Source: Camelus ferus (Eukaryota). From it: 64,000 nucleotides of DNA. Of this stretch, positions 13,666 to 25,324 are shown piece by piece (positions within the stretch are counted from its first letter, which is position 1; each line of letters opens with the position of its first letter). The translations under genes were made by a program, and so were the position numbers. The stretch covers positions 16,060,001 to 16,124,000 of the forward strand of contig NC_045696.1 of assembly GCF_009834535.1 (NCBI RefSeq), written 5' to 3'. The notes under the pieces are model-generated. The model did no database searches, was not told the DNA's origin, and was given only the letters and a program-made list of their open reading frames with translations.

Positions 13666-14145
13666 TGAAAACAAAATATATTTTAAAAACCTGTACATTT
13701 AAACAAAGTGTTTATCATTTATAGAGGTATAAAGAAAAAGAAAGAAAAGCCCATAAAAATCAGTCAATTTAAAGATGGCAATTGATTATCATCTTCTTGA
13801 AAGCTTTAGTACGTGTGTTGGAACATCATCTTATTTCCCCTCACTCAGTCCTTTGTTTCCAGTTCTAGGAAATAAAACTAAAAGAGTACAGCTCAGATGC
13901 CCTAGCTGAGCCATTTTCTGATGCCTGTCTCATAGAATACTGAAATATTTGTCAGATTTCTGAATATCAATGTGCTGGTTTATGCCAATTGAACTAATTG
14001 AAGTCCTCACTTTCCAAGAGTTGATAAAAAAAGGCTGTGCAATAAGATTAATGAAAGACATGGGTAATATGGGTACTATGTTGACATGAATGTAATTTAT
14101 TATTGTGTTGTAAATTTTGTGCTGCCTTGTCTGACATCTTTAAGA

Positions 14146-14629
14146 CAGCATAGTCCAACAGAAATATAACACAGGCCCCATTTGTCATTAAAATTTTTCT
14201 CAGAAATTGACACAACATTGTAAACTGACTATAAGTCAATTAAAAAATTTTTCTAAGAGCCACATTTTAAAAAGTATAAAGAAAATTAATGTATTTTAAT
14301 TTTAATAATGTATTTTATTTAACCCAATTATCATTTCAGCATATAAAATTATTAATGAGGTATTTTGCAACACAGCTTTTACATTAAGTCATCAGACTCA
14401 ATTGGGACACTACAGTTTCGTTTGAAAAATTGGATACAGGGTATAAAATTTACAGTAAAAAAGTAGGTGTGCTTACCCAAGTTGTTCTAAACATGCCTTT
14501 GAAGTTTTTTAATAATAGGATTGAATAGTAGGATTTTAAATTTAAATTTAGAATAATTACAGTGAACTCAAAGGAACAATTCAGTTCCTCAGTTGAACTA
14601 GCTAGTGCTCACCCTCCTTGGACAGTACA
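14146..14629. mobile_element. MER33/Charlie1-derived hAT element, interrupted by a micro-L1
   Basis: gtccaacagaaatataa…agccacattttaaaaagt…tattttatttaacccaa…ttggacagtac, with TIR-like ends. Confidence 0.8.
14201..14243 (+). mobile_element. 43-bp extreme 3' tip of L1
   Basis: cagaaattgacacaacattgtaaactgactataagtcaattaa matches the tip of the L1 at 43022-43188. TSD aaaatttttct at 14190-14200 and 14244-14254. Confidence 0.85.
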
Positions 14630-14644
14630 TTCAGGGTGCTAGGC

Positions 14645-14981
14645 TGTATCGTCCACCCTGGGTATCAGGGGTTCCACAGGCATCCAAGTCCACTGGAGGC
14701 TGACTGTACCACATCATTTTATACAAAGGACTTGTGCATCCGGGAATTTTGTTCTTTTATTTTTGTTTTAGGTCTGTCTGAGAAAGTTTCCTTCGTTTTT
14801 TTTTTTTTTTTTTTCTTTTTCTATTCTTTTCTTTTTTTTTTTTTTTTCCCAATCCAGAGATTTTGGTACCCACTGTACCACGTCATTTTGTATAAAGCAC
14901 TTGAGCATCCCAGTATTTTGATATGGAGGTTGGAGCAGGGGGAGGACCTGGAACAAATCCGCCATGGATACCGAGGGACTG
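14645..14981. mobile_element. MER2-family (TcMar-Tigger) MITE with internal duplication and T-rich insert
   Basis: cattttgtataaagcacttgagcatcc…cctggaacaaatccgccatggataccgagggac matches the MER2 terminus as recalled. Confidence 0.75.
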
Positions 14982-15802
14982 GAGTGTCATTTTCTTGAGA
15001 TCTATGTAAGACCGATAGGCTAACAATAGAAGAAATAGTAGAAAAGCCAATTTTCTGGGAGACCAGTGCCTCCACAAGCTGGGTGGGGTTGACATCCAGG
15101 TTCTGAGGGAGGAAGTGCCCAGCTCGGAGGGTTTCACAGAAAATAGGATTTGAGCTTAAGTCCTACTGCTTAAAAACTTTTGAAAACTGTTAACCCCATC
15201 TACCTTCCCAGCCAGCTGAACAGCCCCTTCCGAAACCATGATGGCTGGTTACCCAACCATATAAGAAGCTCCTTGGTGAGGCACTCACCGTTTGCTGGTG
15301 TTCCTCCCAAACCCTCTCCATCACTGTTTTCCTATTTATAGGCTCTTGTGAATTTCCTTCACATGTCATTTTCTGCCCTTAATTTTTTTCCTGTTTTCCT
15401 TAAAGTGTTCTGATACAATTTTGTTTTCCTCCAAGGTAGCCTTTCTTTAATTTTTTAGTGTTTATCTGAAAATGTGAGAATATCCTCCTAGATGTGATCT
15501 AACACAGCAACTTTTCCCATGATACCTGGGGCCCTGTATTTGTAACGTGTGGAAGACTGCGTTAGCTTTTTTCTGTTGTCCTTTCATTTTCATTTCTTAA
15601 AACCTTTGGAACTTTTTCTTACGGACCAGCTACATAGCTGTGCCTTTCCTGTCCTGTACTCCTTCAAAGAATTATTTCAAGCAAACTACAGGATCTCATA
15701 TATACTTTAAAAATTCAGCTTGAAAAAGTTTCTACCTTCTGAAATAATTTTGAGCCTGATTCTGTCCCTTAGGACTTTATTTATGCCTATCAAATACATG
15801 CC

Positions 15803-15932
15803 TGTATTAGCTTCTCTTGCTACAATAATGCTGCAAAGCCACAACCCACCCCAAAATTCAGAGGTTTAAAATAATAACCATTTGTTATACTTCACAGGCC
15901 TAAGGGTCAGCTGATCTTAGCGGAGCTTGGCC
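15803..15932 (-). mobile_element. MLT1 (MaLR) LTR fragment
   Basis: tgtattagc…acaataatgctgc…accccaaaattcagaggtttaaaataataaccatttgtt is a typical reverse MLT1 end. Confidence 0.7.
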
Positions 15933-16859
15933 AAATTTGATAGAAAACAGTAAAACTTAAAGTGAACACGTATAAATTATCTCTTGTATCTGAAGTGGAG
16001 AGGAGTAGCAGAATTTGACTTTTCTGTGTTGCATGGTGTGCTGAGCCCTTCTCTGCCCGAGCTGTCAGCACTAATGGGGATCACACTGGAGAGCGGTTCA
16101 TCTGTTACCATCAAATTTCTTTGTAGTGAATGCCATTCAAACCAGCATCCCCGAGGAACCCAGTTTCCAAGTCCTTCAGCTTGTTAGCAACGTGACTTAA
16201 GTGCAGTCACTCTAGAGTGAGATTTTAGCAAAACACTGTCGTTTGAGATTTGCTCTAATTGCTCCCCAGCTGTAAACTTTTGTGTGGGTGTGCTGTGTGT
16301 TTATTACTGCCCTGGGTACCACCACTACGTACTATACAGGTGGCTGCATAGTTGGTACATGTGTAGAGATATGCATATGTATTATATGCTCATTGTTTAG
16401 AAATTAGTAGGTAGAGATTAAATAAAGTAAGCCATGAAGACCGTGTATTCACAGTTTGGGATTTTGGAGATTCTGGACCTCTACTTTGCTGATTCAATTG
16501 GCTGTTCTGATTGAAGGAAAAAACTAATTAAGGGGGAAAGTTTTGCCTTTTCATTTCAGGGGAGGTCTCTTAAATCAGCAGCTACCAAAAGTTACTAGAT
16601 GTTAACATCTAGGGATTTAAATTTAAGAAATGCAGGTTAAATAAACATTTAGACTTTCAGACTTTTTTTTTTTTTAAACTGGATTTGCTTCTCCTTTACT
16701 TGGTCTAAAAATAATTTTTTGAGAAAGCTAGTAACAAAGAACTGCAAAATACTACTGCCATCAGAGGAAAAATTTATTTGAAAATAATATTCAAGATTTG
16801 AAAATAAAAAGGCTTGAGAACTAGTAGCAGGAATGCCAACTGGCACATTGTGGAAAAAA

Positions 16860-16995
16860 GTAAGCATGGACTTTGGAGTAAATGGCCTTGATTAGACTCT
16901 TAGGTTTTGAGCCTTTCTGATTATCTAAGTAGGTGTGGAAGTGACTTATCTGGGTTCTTCTGAGAGTCAAATGAGATAACGAAGGGAAAGGACTA
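16860..16995 (+). mobile_element. MIR fragment
   Basis: agcatggactttggagt…tgagagtcaaatgagataa. Confidence 0.55.
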
Positions 16996-17386
16996 AGTAG
17001 ATGCTTCAGTTTTTGCCCTTAACTCTCTTCTTATCTCTGCGTTCATTCATAAGATCAAGACTGATGAGCTATAGCAATATCGAGAGTCAAAATAGTATAA
17101 AGATCATGATACTGTATGTTTTTGAATGTGAAATATGCCAATAAAACTAGAACTAAAAAGAAAATTAAAGAGATAACCATCAAACTAAGGTTGAAAAGAA
17201 TTTGTTACCAGTGTCAGAGCATAATAAAGACAGTTATACAGGGTCCGGTGTATATACGATGTATGTGTGTATGATGTATGTGTGCAGTTGAAATGTAGAA
17301 CATTTACCGTTTAGGACTAAATGGGCATTAATTGGATTGAAAACTGTTGTTTAGACAAAGAGTTGGATTGTCACATATAAGGCTCT

Positions 17387-17739
17387 TTTTTTTTTCTTTT
17401 TTTAATTAATAGACTTTATTTTTTAGAGCAGCTTTAGATTCACAACAAAAATCAAGGGGTAAGTACAGAGGGTTCCCCCATGACCCCTCCTCCCAAACAC
17501 ACACACACCCTCCCCCACCATCAGCATCGCCCACTGGAGTGTTACATTTGTCATAACTGGCGAACCAACATTGACAAAGCCATTATCAACTACAGTCCAT
17601 AGTCTACATTATGGTTCATTCTTGGTGTTGAACAGTCTATGGATTTAGACAGTGATATGATGATACATATCCATCATTATAGGATATTTTCATACAGAGT
17701 ATTTTCACTGCCCTAAACATCCCTAAACTCTGCTCTGCC
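17387..17739 (-). mobile_element. L1MC-like 3' end
   Basis: Poly(T) then agactttattttttagagcagctttagattcaca…gtacagag…agtccatagtctacatta. Perfect 11-bp TSD tataaggctct at 17376-17386 and 17740-17750. Confidence 0.9.
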
Positions 17740-18002
17740 TATAAGGCTCTATTTTTAAAAATTCCAGTTTTATGTCTATTCTAGGTACTGGGCATCCCCC
17801 TTTCTTGGGCCTTCTAAAATTCATGCTTTCAACATTGGTAATTAATTCCCTGGGTGTTGAATAGCAGAGGTTTCTATTGAGAGAACTCTTGATTTCTTAC
17901 TGGGCACCAGCAGCGAGAATTATTCACTGGCCTTGTTATGAGTTGGGAGGAATTTGGGGTCAGCATTAGAATATCCTTTAGGCAGAAAGAAAAGCTTGCT
18001 AT

Positions 18003-18387
18003 TGTCAAATGACAAAACTAGAACAATTTAGTAATGAGTTTGATGTCCTTCATTCAAAGGAAGACAAACGATACCCTACAAGCAGCACAGGTTCCTGAGG
18101 GATCTGGGGCAAGAGCGAGTTTACAGAGCCTTAGGGAGACAGCAAAGAAATGGCGCCATTGTCTAGGAGATCGGGAAGCGGGGCTCCTCATAAGGCTGGC
18201 ACATCCTGTTTTCTAGGGTAAGTCAAGCTCACTGAAGCTGAGTTGGAGGACTGTGATCGGTGTGCTAGGATTCCTTCACAGGTGTTTCACCACGTGCAAG
18301 CTGACGCTGGTCTAGATTTGTGATGTGGGCCACACCACTGGGACAGCCTCCATTTTGTGGGTCCCCAGATAAGAATTAACTTTATCA
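18003..18387 (-). mobile_element. Probable ancient ERV1-class solo LTR
   Basis: Starts tgtcaaatgacaaaacta and ends gcctccattttg…aactttatca (TG…CA). Near-TSD ctat/atat. Family not assigned. Confidence 0.55.
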
Positions 18388-21385
18388 ATATCAACAGAGG
18401 CTATGGTTTCATCAAGGAGCTTTAATTTGTCCTTTGAAGCCAGGTCAGCAGTATCCCAAGAAGAACGTCAGTAGTCAAGGGGTGAAAAATGTGGATTCGT
18501 CCTCTGAAAGGAATGTTTTCTCTCCTCACTCGTCTTTGTGGCAAATCATTTTTAGCCTGAAACTCGAGCTCTGAAATAATTGTACGGTGACTGATGGATG
18601 TGAGGAATGTGGCCGCCTCTCCACACGGGTAAATTGAAGCTGTGTACGGTTTCTGTGATCACATTTCATTTTTCTGTATGCTTTGATTAGCTCCTCCAGC
18701 CTCTCTCACTACAGATACATTCACACACACACACACAGGGGCAAAACCTTGGAAAATTGCAATTTTCCGTTTTAATTTGAGAGTCAGGCAGGTCATGTCA
18801 ACAAAACCCTTGATGGAGTAGGTCCAGCTCCCAGCTCTGCCTCTTCGTGATTCTGTGGCCTTGGACGAATCTTTCAGAGCCTTTTCCTTCTCCTTAGAGT
18901 TGGGTGATTTTACAGATTGTTTCAGTTTTGTGATTCTGATTTTAATTTCAGTTCCCCTCTGTTAGCGATGAAATGGGCAATTGTAGATGTTCTGGTTCTG
19001 CTTAAGATTTTTTTGCGGGGGGAGGGGGTGCACTTCAAGGGAAGCCTTACAAATAAGATAGTCTTTTCCTTCAGCGAATGAAAATTTGTTTACGTGAAGG
19101 ATTAAGTGAGGTTCTTTATTCATCCTTGAAAGGAGTTCACGCTCAAATCTTCTCGATTGTGATTCTACAGAATAATTACATTGAAGATGGAAAATCTGAA
19201 TGTCTTAAAAGCATTTCGGTGGAGTATAATTGTATTATGCCCAGGGTGAGAGAAAACTATTTATGTGAGGAAACCACGACTGTAATAGAAATAGCATCAT
19301 GTGTGCTTTTTAAGAGATACTTACTATACAAGAACCTGACCCTGAGGAGATTGTGAACTGATTAAACAGTACCAAATACTCTTTTGGTCAGCTATTCAGA
19401 CTGGTGAGAAGTTCATTTAAATGCAGAAACCAGATGGTTTTCATTAGCCACAAACTTTAAAATTACATAAATCCACCGATGTACTACGCTATGGGTCTCT
19501 GCCCTCTCCTCGCTGAGGAAACACAGGGTTCCTTGTTCCCTGTCCCTTGTAGTTGGGACTGTGTGCAGAGGAATGCTGCCAAGCCGGCTCCATAAGGAAT
19601 TTTGATCTCCTTGATGATAATAAAGATCAACTCTGGGGGGAAAGGGAACACCCAGTTTGAAAGACAGCAGGAGAACTTTCTCGAGAAGCTGCTTTTGCAC
19701 TTGTAAATTGCATGGATTCTAGGTGTAAGTTTACAGGTTCACCTCTGTAGACTGGCCCAGGTTAGGTATATATATTTCTATTTATTTTCAATTCCCCTTA
19801 AGCCCTTTTAAAGCCGTTTTCTAGCTAACTTGCTTTGGGAAAGTCCATTTGCACTTTGGTACCTTGTTTATATATTATGATTCTTAAAATTCTAGAAGCT
19901 AAGGGCTGGGTTTTTTGTTTTTTTTTAAAGATTGACAGCATTGTTAAGTGTAATATTTGGACCCCAGTAGTTCAGAGCATTCTGTAAATAGCCTGTTGCT
20001 CCTGAAGCACTGTGTGCAGGCGCCATTGTCTTAGCCAGTTATTTTGTTCATTGTCGCTGAGCACTGTTTTCCCATGGGAAAGCATCTCTGGTCTTATGAT
20101 GTCAGTGGAAAATCATTCAGTGTACAAGAATTATCTTCATCTTCAGTCTCCCAGAAATGCATGGACCGTGAATGGCCATTTATGCCAGGGTGCCAATCTC
20201 TTAGATGTCTTGGATTTCTGCAAAGTAACCTTAAGTTACCTTAGATCTTGTTAATATGAAAATGAAATTAAAATGTAATAGTTGTTTAAGTAGTTGTATT
20301 TCCCATCCACTAAAGCTTTTGTATTTCTTTTCTATTAAAATGAGGAATGTTTTTCAAACTCGAGGAATAATTATCTTTAGGATGACTTTGACAGAGTATC
20401 TGTTTTCATTGACAGCAAGTAGGACCAAAAGGTTGTAGTTTTAAGAGTGTCCATATTAACAGATCGTGACTAGGATCCTGTATATGATTTATTAAACCGT
20501 TTTTTGAGGCTTCATTCAGAAAAGGGGATTGGAGTAAACCTGTCGGGCCCTTGAAAGGCTAAGTATTATCTCCCGTGTGACCATCTTGGCTGGTGACGGC
20601 TAAATGCCAGGGAGTGAGTGCGCTGCTCCTAGCAACCAGGCTTTTTTTCTTAAATGAATTGTTTGATGCCAGTCAGGATCCTGTGGGTTGTTTGTCTTGT
20701 TTTAATTCACTGAGCCAGGAATATGTTACTTACAACATGATATTCCTTGCAGGTGGGCTTCATTAAGAATAGAAAAGCTTTTGGTTCAATTTGTGATCAC
20801 CCAGCCAGATACTCTGATCTTACACACAGCTGGTGTTGATTTGGGAAAGAATTTTTGCCTGAGAAACATGTCTTTGTGATTTAAGTATTTATTCGTGAAG
20901 GGCCTCTTGTGATGTCAAATGTAACAGATGTACACATACAGCCAACTTTATAATTCCTAGCATAATAGATGGCCCTAAGTATTGAGAAATCAGTTTGAAC
21001 TATTCAACAGTCTCCATTCTAGGAAAACAGGGCTTGACTCTCTGGACTTATTTTTTAAAGTTAATATTAGATTTCATCTGGTAGGAAATCCAGAAGGAAC
21101 TGAAGCATCTATTTTCCTTAACTGCCATTGTTAAAAGGAAGAGATCATAAGGCAATTAACGATGTTTTCCAGTAATATGATAGGGACAAAATCAGTTCGT
21201 TTGAAGAGAGTGTGAGAAAGATTACCACCGTTTGGTAGTTGGCATATCCAAACGTACAAACACATAGCATCAAAACAACCAGAAATTCAAAAAGAAGGAA
21301 GGAGAACAAAATGAAGACGGGAAGGAATAGAAAGATATTGAGAACTCAAGGTAGGAAAAATGAAACATTTGATGTGTTTGTTAGG

Positions 21386-21498
21386 TAGGGTGACCAGTTA
21401 TCTCAACTTGCTAGGGACTTTCTTAACTTTTAGCACTAAAAGTCTCACATCCTGGAAAGCCCTCAGTCCCAAGCAAACTAGGATGGTTGGTCATCTTA
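21386..21498. mobile_element. MER81 hAT-Blackjack MITE
   Basis: TIRs tagggtgaccag… / …ttggtcatctta, internal ttttagcactaaaagtc, ~113 bp. Confidence 0.85.
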
Positions 21499-22084
21499 TT
21501 GTCAAGGTAAGGACTTGCCAGATTTACTGCTTTGTCCCCCAGACTACATCAGTGCCTAGCATGTGTTATATTCTCAGGCTTACTGAGTGAAGAAATGTGA
21601 ACTTCTGTCATTTATCTTTGCTGTTACTGTTATCATGGAGTTGCCTCTCTGCAGCTGGGAGGTAAAAGAGTGTCATCACCACGACTTCTTAAAGTAGGTA
21701 AAGGAGAAGCAATGGCCTCATCTTTAGGAATGTCTTATGCTGTGGAATTGAAGGACTTTGAGTTAGTAATGAGGTCATCAGAAAAGTAGAGAGAGCTGGG
21801 ATGGTTCATTGAGACTGAGCCAACGTAAAAGACTTCCAAGGAAGTCTTCATGTATGGCAAAGAAATTGAAAAGTGACAGGTATTGAAGAAAAAAGCCTAT
21901 TTTCTTTCTCAGGAGGTCATACGTAACCTTTGAGAAAAGTGTTTGAGTGGGGTGGGTATATAAACCAGACTACAGGGGTCTTAAGAAGAAGGTGAGAAGG
22001 TGGTATCAGTGAGTGTTTTAATCACCACCTGGGATCTTAGCACAATTTGTTGTAAGAAGTGGGAAGGCGATAGTTCCTCTAGAG

Positions 22085-22302
22085 CAGAGATAGGCAAATG
22101 ATGGGCCACTGGCAACATCTGGCCTCCTGCCTGTTTCATAAAGAACATTTTATTGTAAAACAGCCACACCCATTTTGCACGTTGTCCGAGGCTGCTTTTG
22201 TATGACAACAACGGAGTTGAGTAGTCACAAGAAACCGTGTGTTTCCCAAAACCTAAAATATTATAATCTGGCCCTTTACATAGAAAATCTGCTGACCCCC
22301 TG
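22085..22302. mobile_element. MER58A hAT-Charlie MITE
   Basis: ttttattgtaaaacagccacaccca…gagttgagtagt…cctaaaata…ctggccctttaca…gctgaccccctg. 8-bp TSD ctctagag / ttctagag. Confidence 0.9.
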
Positions 22303-22403
22303 TTCTAGAGGATAATAGAATTTTTTGTGTGTTTCCTTTTTTCAGTAGAGGATCTCAAAGGCTGTTGGTAGATGTATTGTGGAGCTGGGGGAAAGGAAGA
22401 GCT

Positions 22404-22907
22404 TATTGGGTATCTCTTGCTGTGTAACAGGTTACCTCAAACCTAATAATTTAAAATAATAATTGTTTATTATCTCAGTTTCGATGGGTCAGGAATTTGG
22501 GAGCATCTTCTGGGTGGTTCTGGCTCCAAGTCTGTCTTGAGGTTTCAATCAGGTCAGCCAGGGCTGCAGTCAAATGAAGGCTTGATGAGGCTGGAGGATG
22601 TTTCCAAGCTCACTCGCGTTGCTGTTGACAGGAGTCTTCAGCTCCTTATCATGCGGGCCTCTCCACGGGGCTGCTCAAGTGTCTGCACAACATGGCAGCC
22701 AACGTTCCCCCCACGGCATGTGATCCCAGAGAGCAAGGAAGAAACCCGGGAACCCTTTACGATCTTGCCTGGGAAATCACACGTCATTTTTGCTACATTC
22801 TATTTGTTGCAACGGACAGACCCTGATGTACTCTGGATTGGCCCTGACAAAAGCATGAAGCCAGCAAGTAGGGACGATCAGGGGTCTTCTTGGAAGCCAG
22901 CCACCAT
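22404..22907 (-). mobile_element. MLT1 (G/H-like) solo LTR
   Basis: ttgctgtgtaaca…tgggtcaggaatttgggag…gggctgcagtca…catggcagc…ttggaagccagccacca. Confidence 0.85.
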
Positions 22908-23983
22908 GGGGGAAGAAATTGGTACCTCAGTGTTCATTGAGGGAAAGCTATGGAATGAGGGGCTTTTGCATTGACAAGGAGGTAGAAACTGTAATAAACA
23001 CATTGTGGAGAATCAGAGGTATAGAGAAATGTTGAGATTGAGAACAGGGGCATTCATTCAGCCAAATCATGACCAACTGTGGTAAAGGATCATTAGTCTC
23101 TCTGTTCAGTTAGCGGGGGTGAGGTACCGAGATTCTACTAAGACTGGAAATCTTTGGGACAGGAATGAATTTGAAGAGAATAAAATACCGTGGGGAATAC
23201 AATGGTGATTGCATTACTAGATTGTAAATTTCTTGATAATGGAATTTAACATATGGGCAAAGCTCATATTTTATAAATAAATACATGAATAAATTTTATG
23301 CATTGATCTGTATTTTATATCTATTTTATGTCCTTCATTGCATCTGCTAATAGGGCCTTATCTATGGGATTATTATTTGACTTTTTTGCAATGCTATTGT
23401 CTTATTCCTTTAATGACATTGACAGAATCTGTGCTCTGATTTTTTAGGATCGAGGCATTGAATTTCCTCTTCTTCCCTCAGGAAAGCTGTGAAACTCAAG
23501 TGACTGGTGTATTCCGCTTAGGCTGCTTCTTTGCATCTGTTGGAGAAAGAGCTTCTCAGTTTCTGGCTTAGAAATTGTAGGTTTTGGGCAAGACCCCAAA
23601 CTGGGGAGTAAAGGGGTCCCAGCTATTTGCTGACCATCTGACACTCTGGCCTCAGCTGCTGTTTGTTACATCTGGCAGGGTGGCGGCAGAATTTTATTAA
23701 ATGTACCTTACACAGTAGAACTAGAAATGTAGAAAATGTTGCCTGCAACTGTGGTTGGAGAGACTCTTGCCAGAAGCTTTTGCACTCAGGTCTGTGATAG
23801 GTCTCCCCGGGTTCAGTGCAAGATTTTTTTTTTAAAGGGCATAAATCTCTAACGGATGTATGGACAAAATATATATGACGATGACTAGAGTGGACAGTTG
23901 TTTGATCTATTTTTACATTTCTGTGCAAAGAAATGTCAGGAAGCTGTTTCTTTAACTGAAGTCTCTCTATGTAATTTTAGCAT

Positions 23984-24002
23984 TGTTGTTGTTGTTGTTG
24001 TT
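23984..24002. repeat. (TTG)n microsatellite
   Basis: Read directly. Confidence 0.9.
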
Positions 24003-25156
24003 TTCTGTCCTGCGAACAGTTTTTAGAAACGATCCAAGTGATTATAGAATCACCCAGTTCTCAGCTGTGTGAATGGCTTTTGTCGGAAGTTAACTCTTCT
24101 TGGCACGGATGTCACACGTTTTCTCAGCAGCTGGATTTAACAAGGGAGAAGTACTCGGCTACCGTGTCTTCTGATTCCTCGATTGCAGATAGCACTTTAA
24201 CTCCTGTGGATTTAGTTTTCAGCTCTTGCTGACTTTATTTTTGTCTTCCTGAGCTGTCAGAACCTATTAAGTGAGGTAGTATGGATATTTCAGAACTTCC
24301 ATTTTCCCTTTTAAAAATATTTGTCTGATGGAAATACCTGTGGGCAGAAGGGTTTGGAAATACAGAAGGGCACCCATTTCAAAGTTATTCTGGTGAAATG
24401 GTGTTGCCCGCAGGGGTGATAGGTAAGAACTGTAGAGAGCTTACAACAGACACAGCTTGTACTGGGCTCTAAATGAGACTTGTCGCCTCCTGTAGGGTGG
24501 CTGGGGAGATGGGACACCAGCATCCTTACTCTTAAGAGCTGAGAGAGTGATAACCAGAGAATGTCCTGGAGGAAACTGGTGGGATGGCCAATATATTCAT
24601 TCACATCTGTGCAGAGTAAATTCTGTAATAATTTTTTGGTTGCAGAAATCACAGTGTCACTTGCTAACCAGTAATGCACACCAAGACAGTGCCTTCAGCT
24701 CTGGGAGGTGTGTGACACACACTTCCAGACCTGGTCACCAGGCGGGGACTTGGCATTCTTTGTGTGAGTCAGTTGGAGTTTATTATGAAAATACAGTTTC
24801 CTCTTTTTTTGTGTGATTATATTTATTTCAGAAAAACATCTTATTTTATTGTCAGGACCTTTCAGTCTACAAAACTGTATAAGCTTTTTCATGAAATCTG
24901 CCCTTGCGGAAATGTATAAACTTTTCAGTGAATAAATTCTTCTCCATATTACTAATTTTTTCATTTCAATATTAACAACAACACTATATCATAGGTGGTT
25001 GGAGATGTCTGTAGCAAAGGAATTCGTAACTGACATTTCGCAAGAATGGAACTGTTTTTGGTGTGGCTCCATGCCGGGTTCCTCTTTGCAGCCCTTCCCC
25101 AGCCTCTACCCCCCGAGCTATGGACTTCGGTAACTGACCCAGACTTACTTTTCCAG

Positions 25157-25324
25157 GTGCCCACAGACGGCAGTGCTGGCCTGCTTGCAGAGCCCCAGGT
25201 CGCCATGTTCTGTGGCAAACTGAACATGCACATGAACGTGCAGAATGGGAAGTGGGAGCCAGACCCATCAGGGACCAGAACCTGCGCCGGCACCAAGGAG
25301 GGCATCCTTCAGTACTGCCAAGAA
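25157..25324 (+). CDS. APP: APP coding exon 2 (residues ~20-75, first half of the growth-factor-like domain), phase 0-0
   Basis: Acceptor cttacttttccag|GTG, donor GAA|gtaagt. 168 bp = [56 protein letters not shown]. Length and boundaries are the same as human APP exon 2. Confidence 0.98.

Noticed and set aside
22537..22974. 145-aa ORF
   Set aside because: Lies within an MLT1 LTR and has a non-ATG start.
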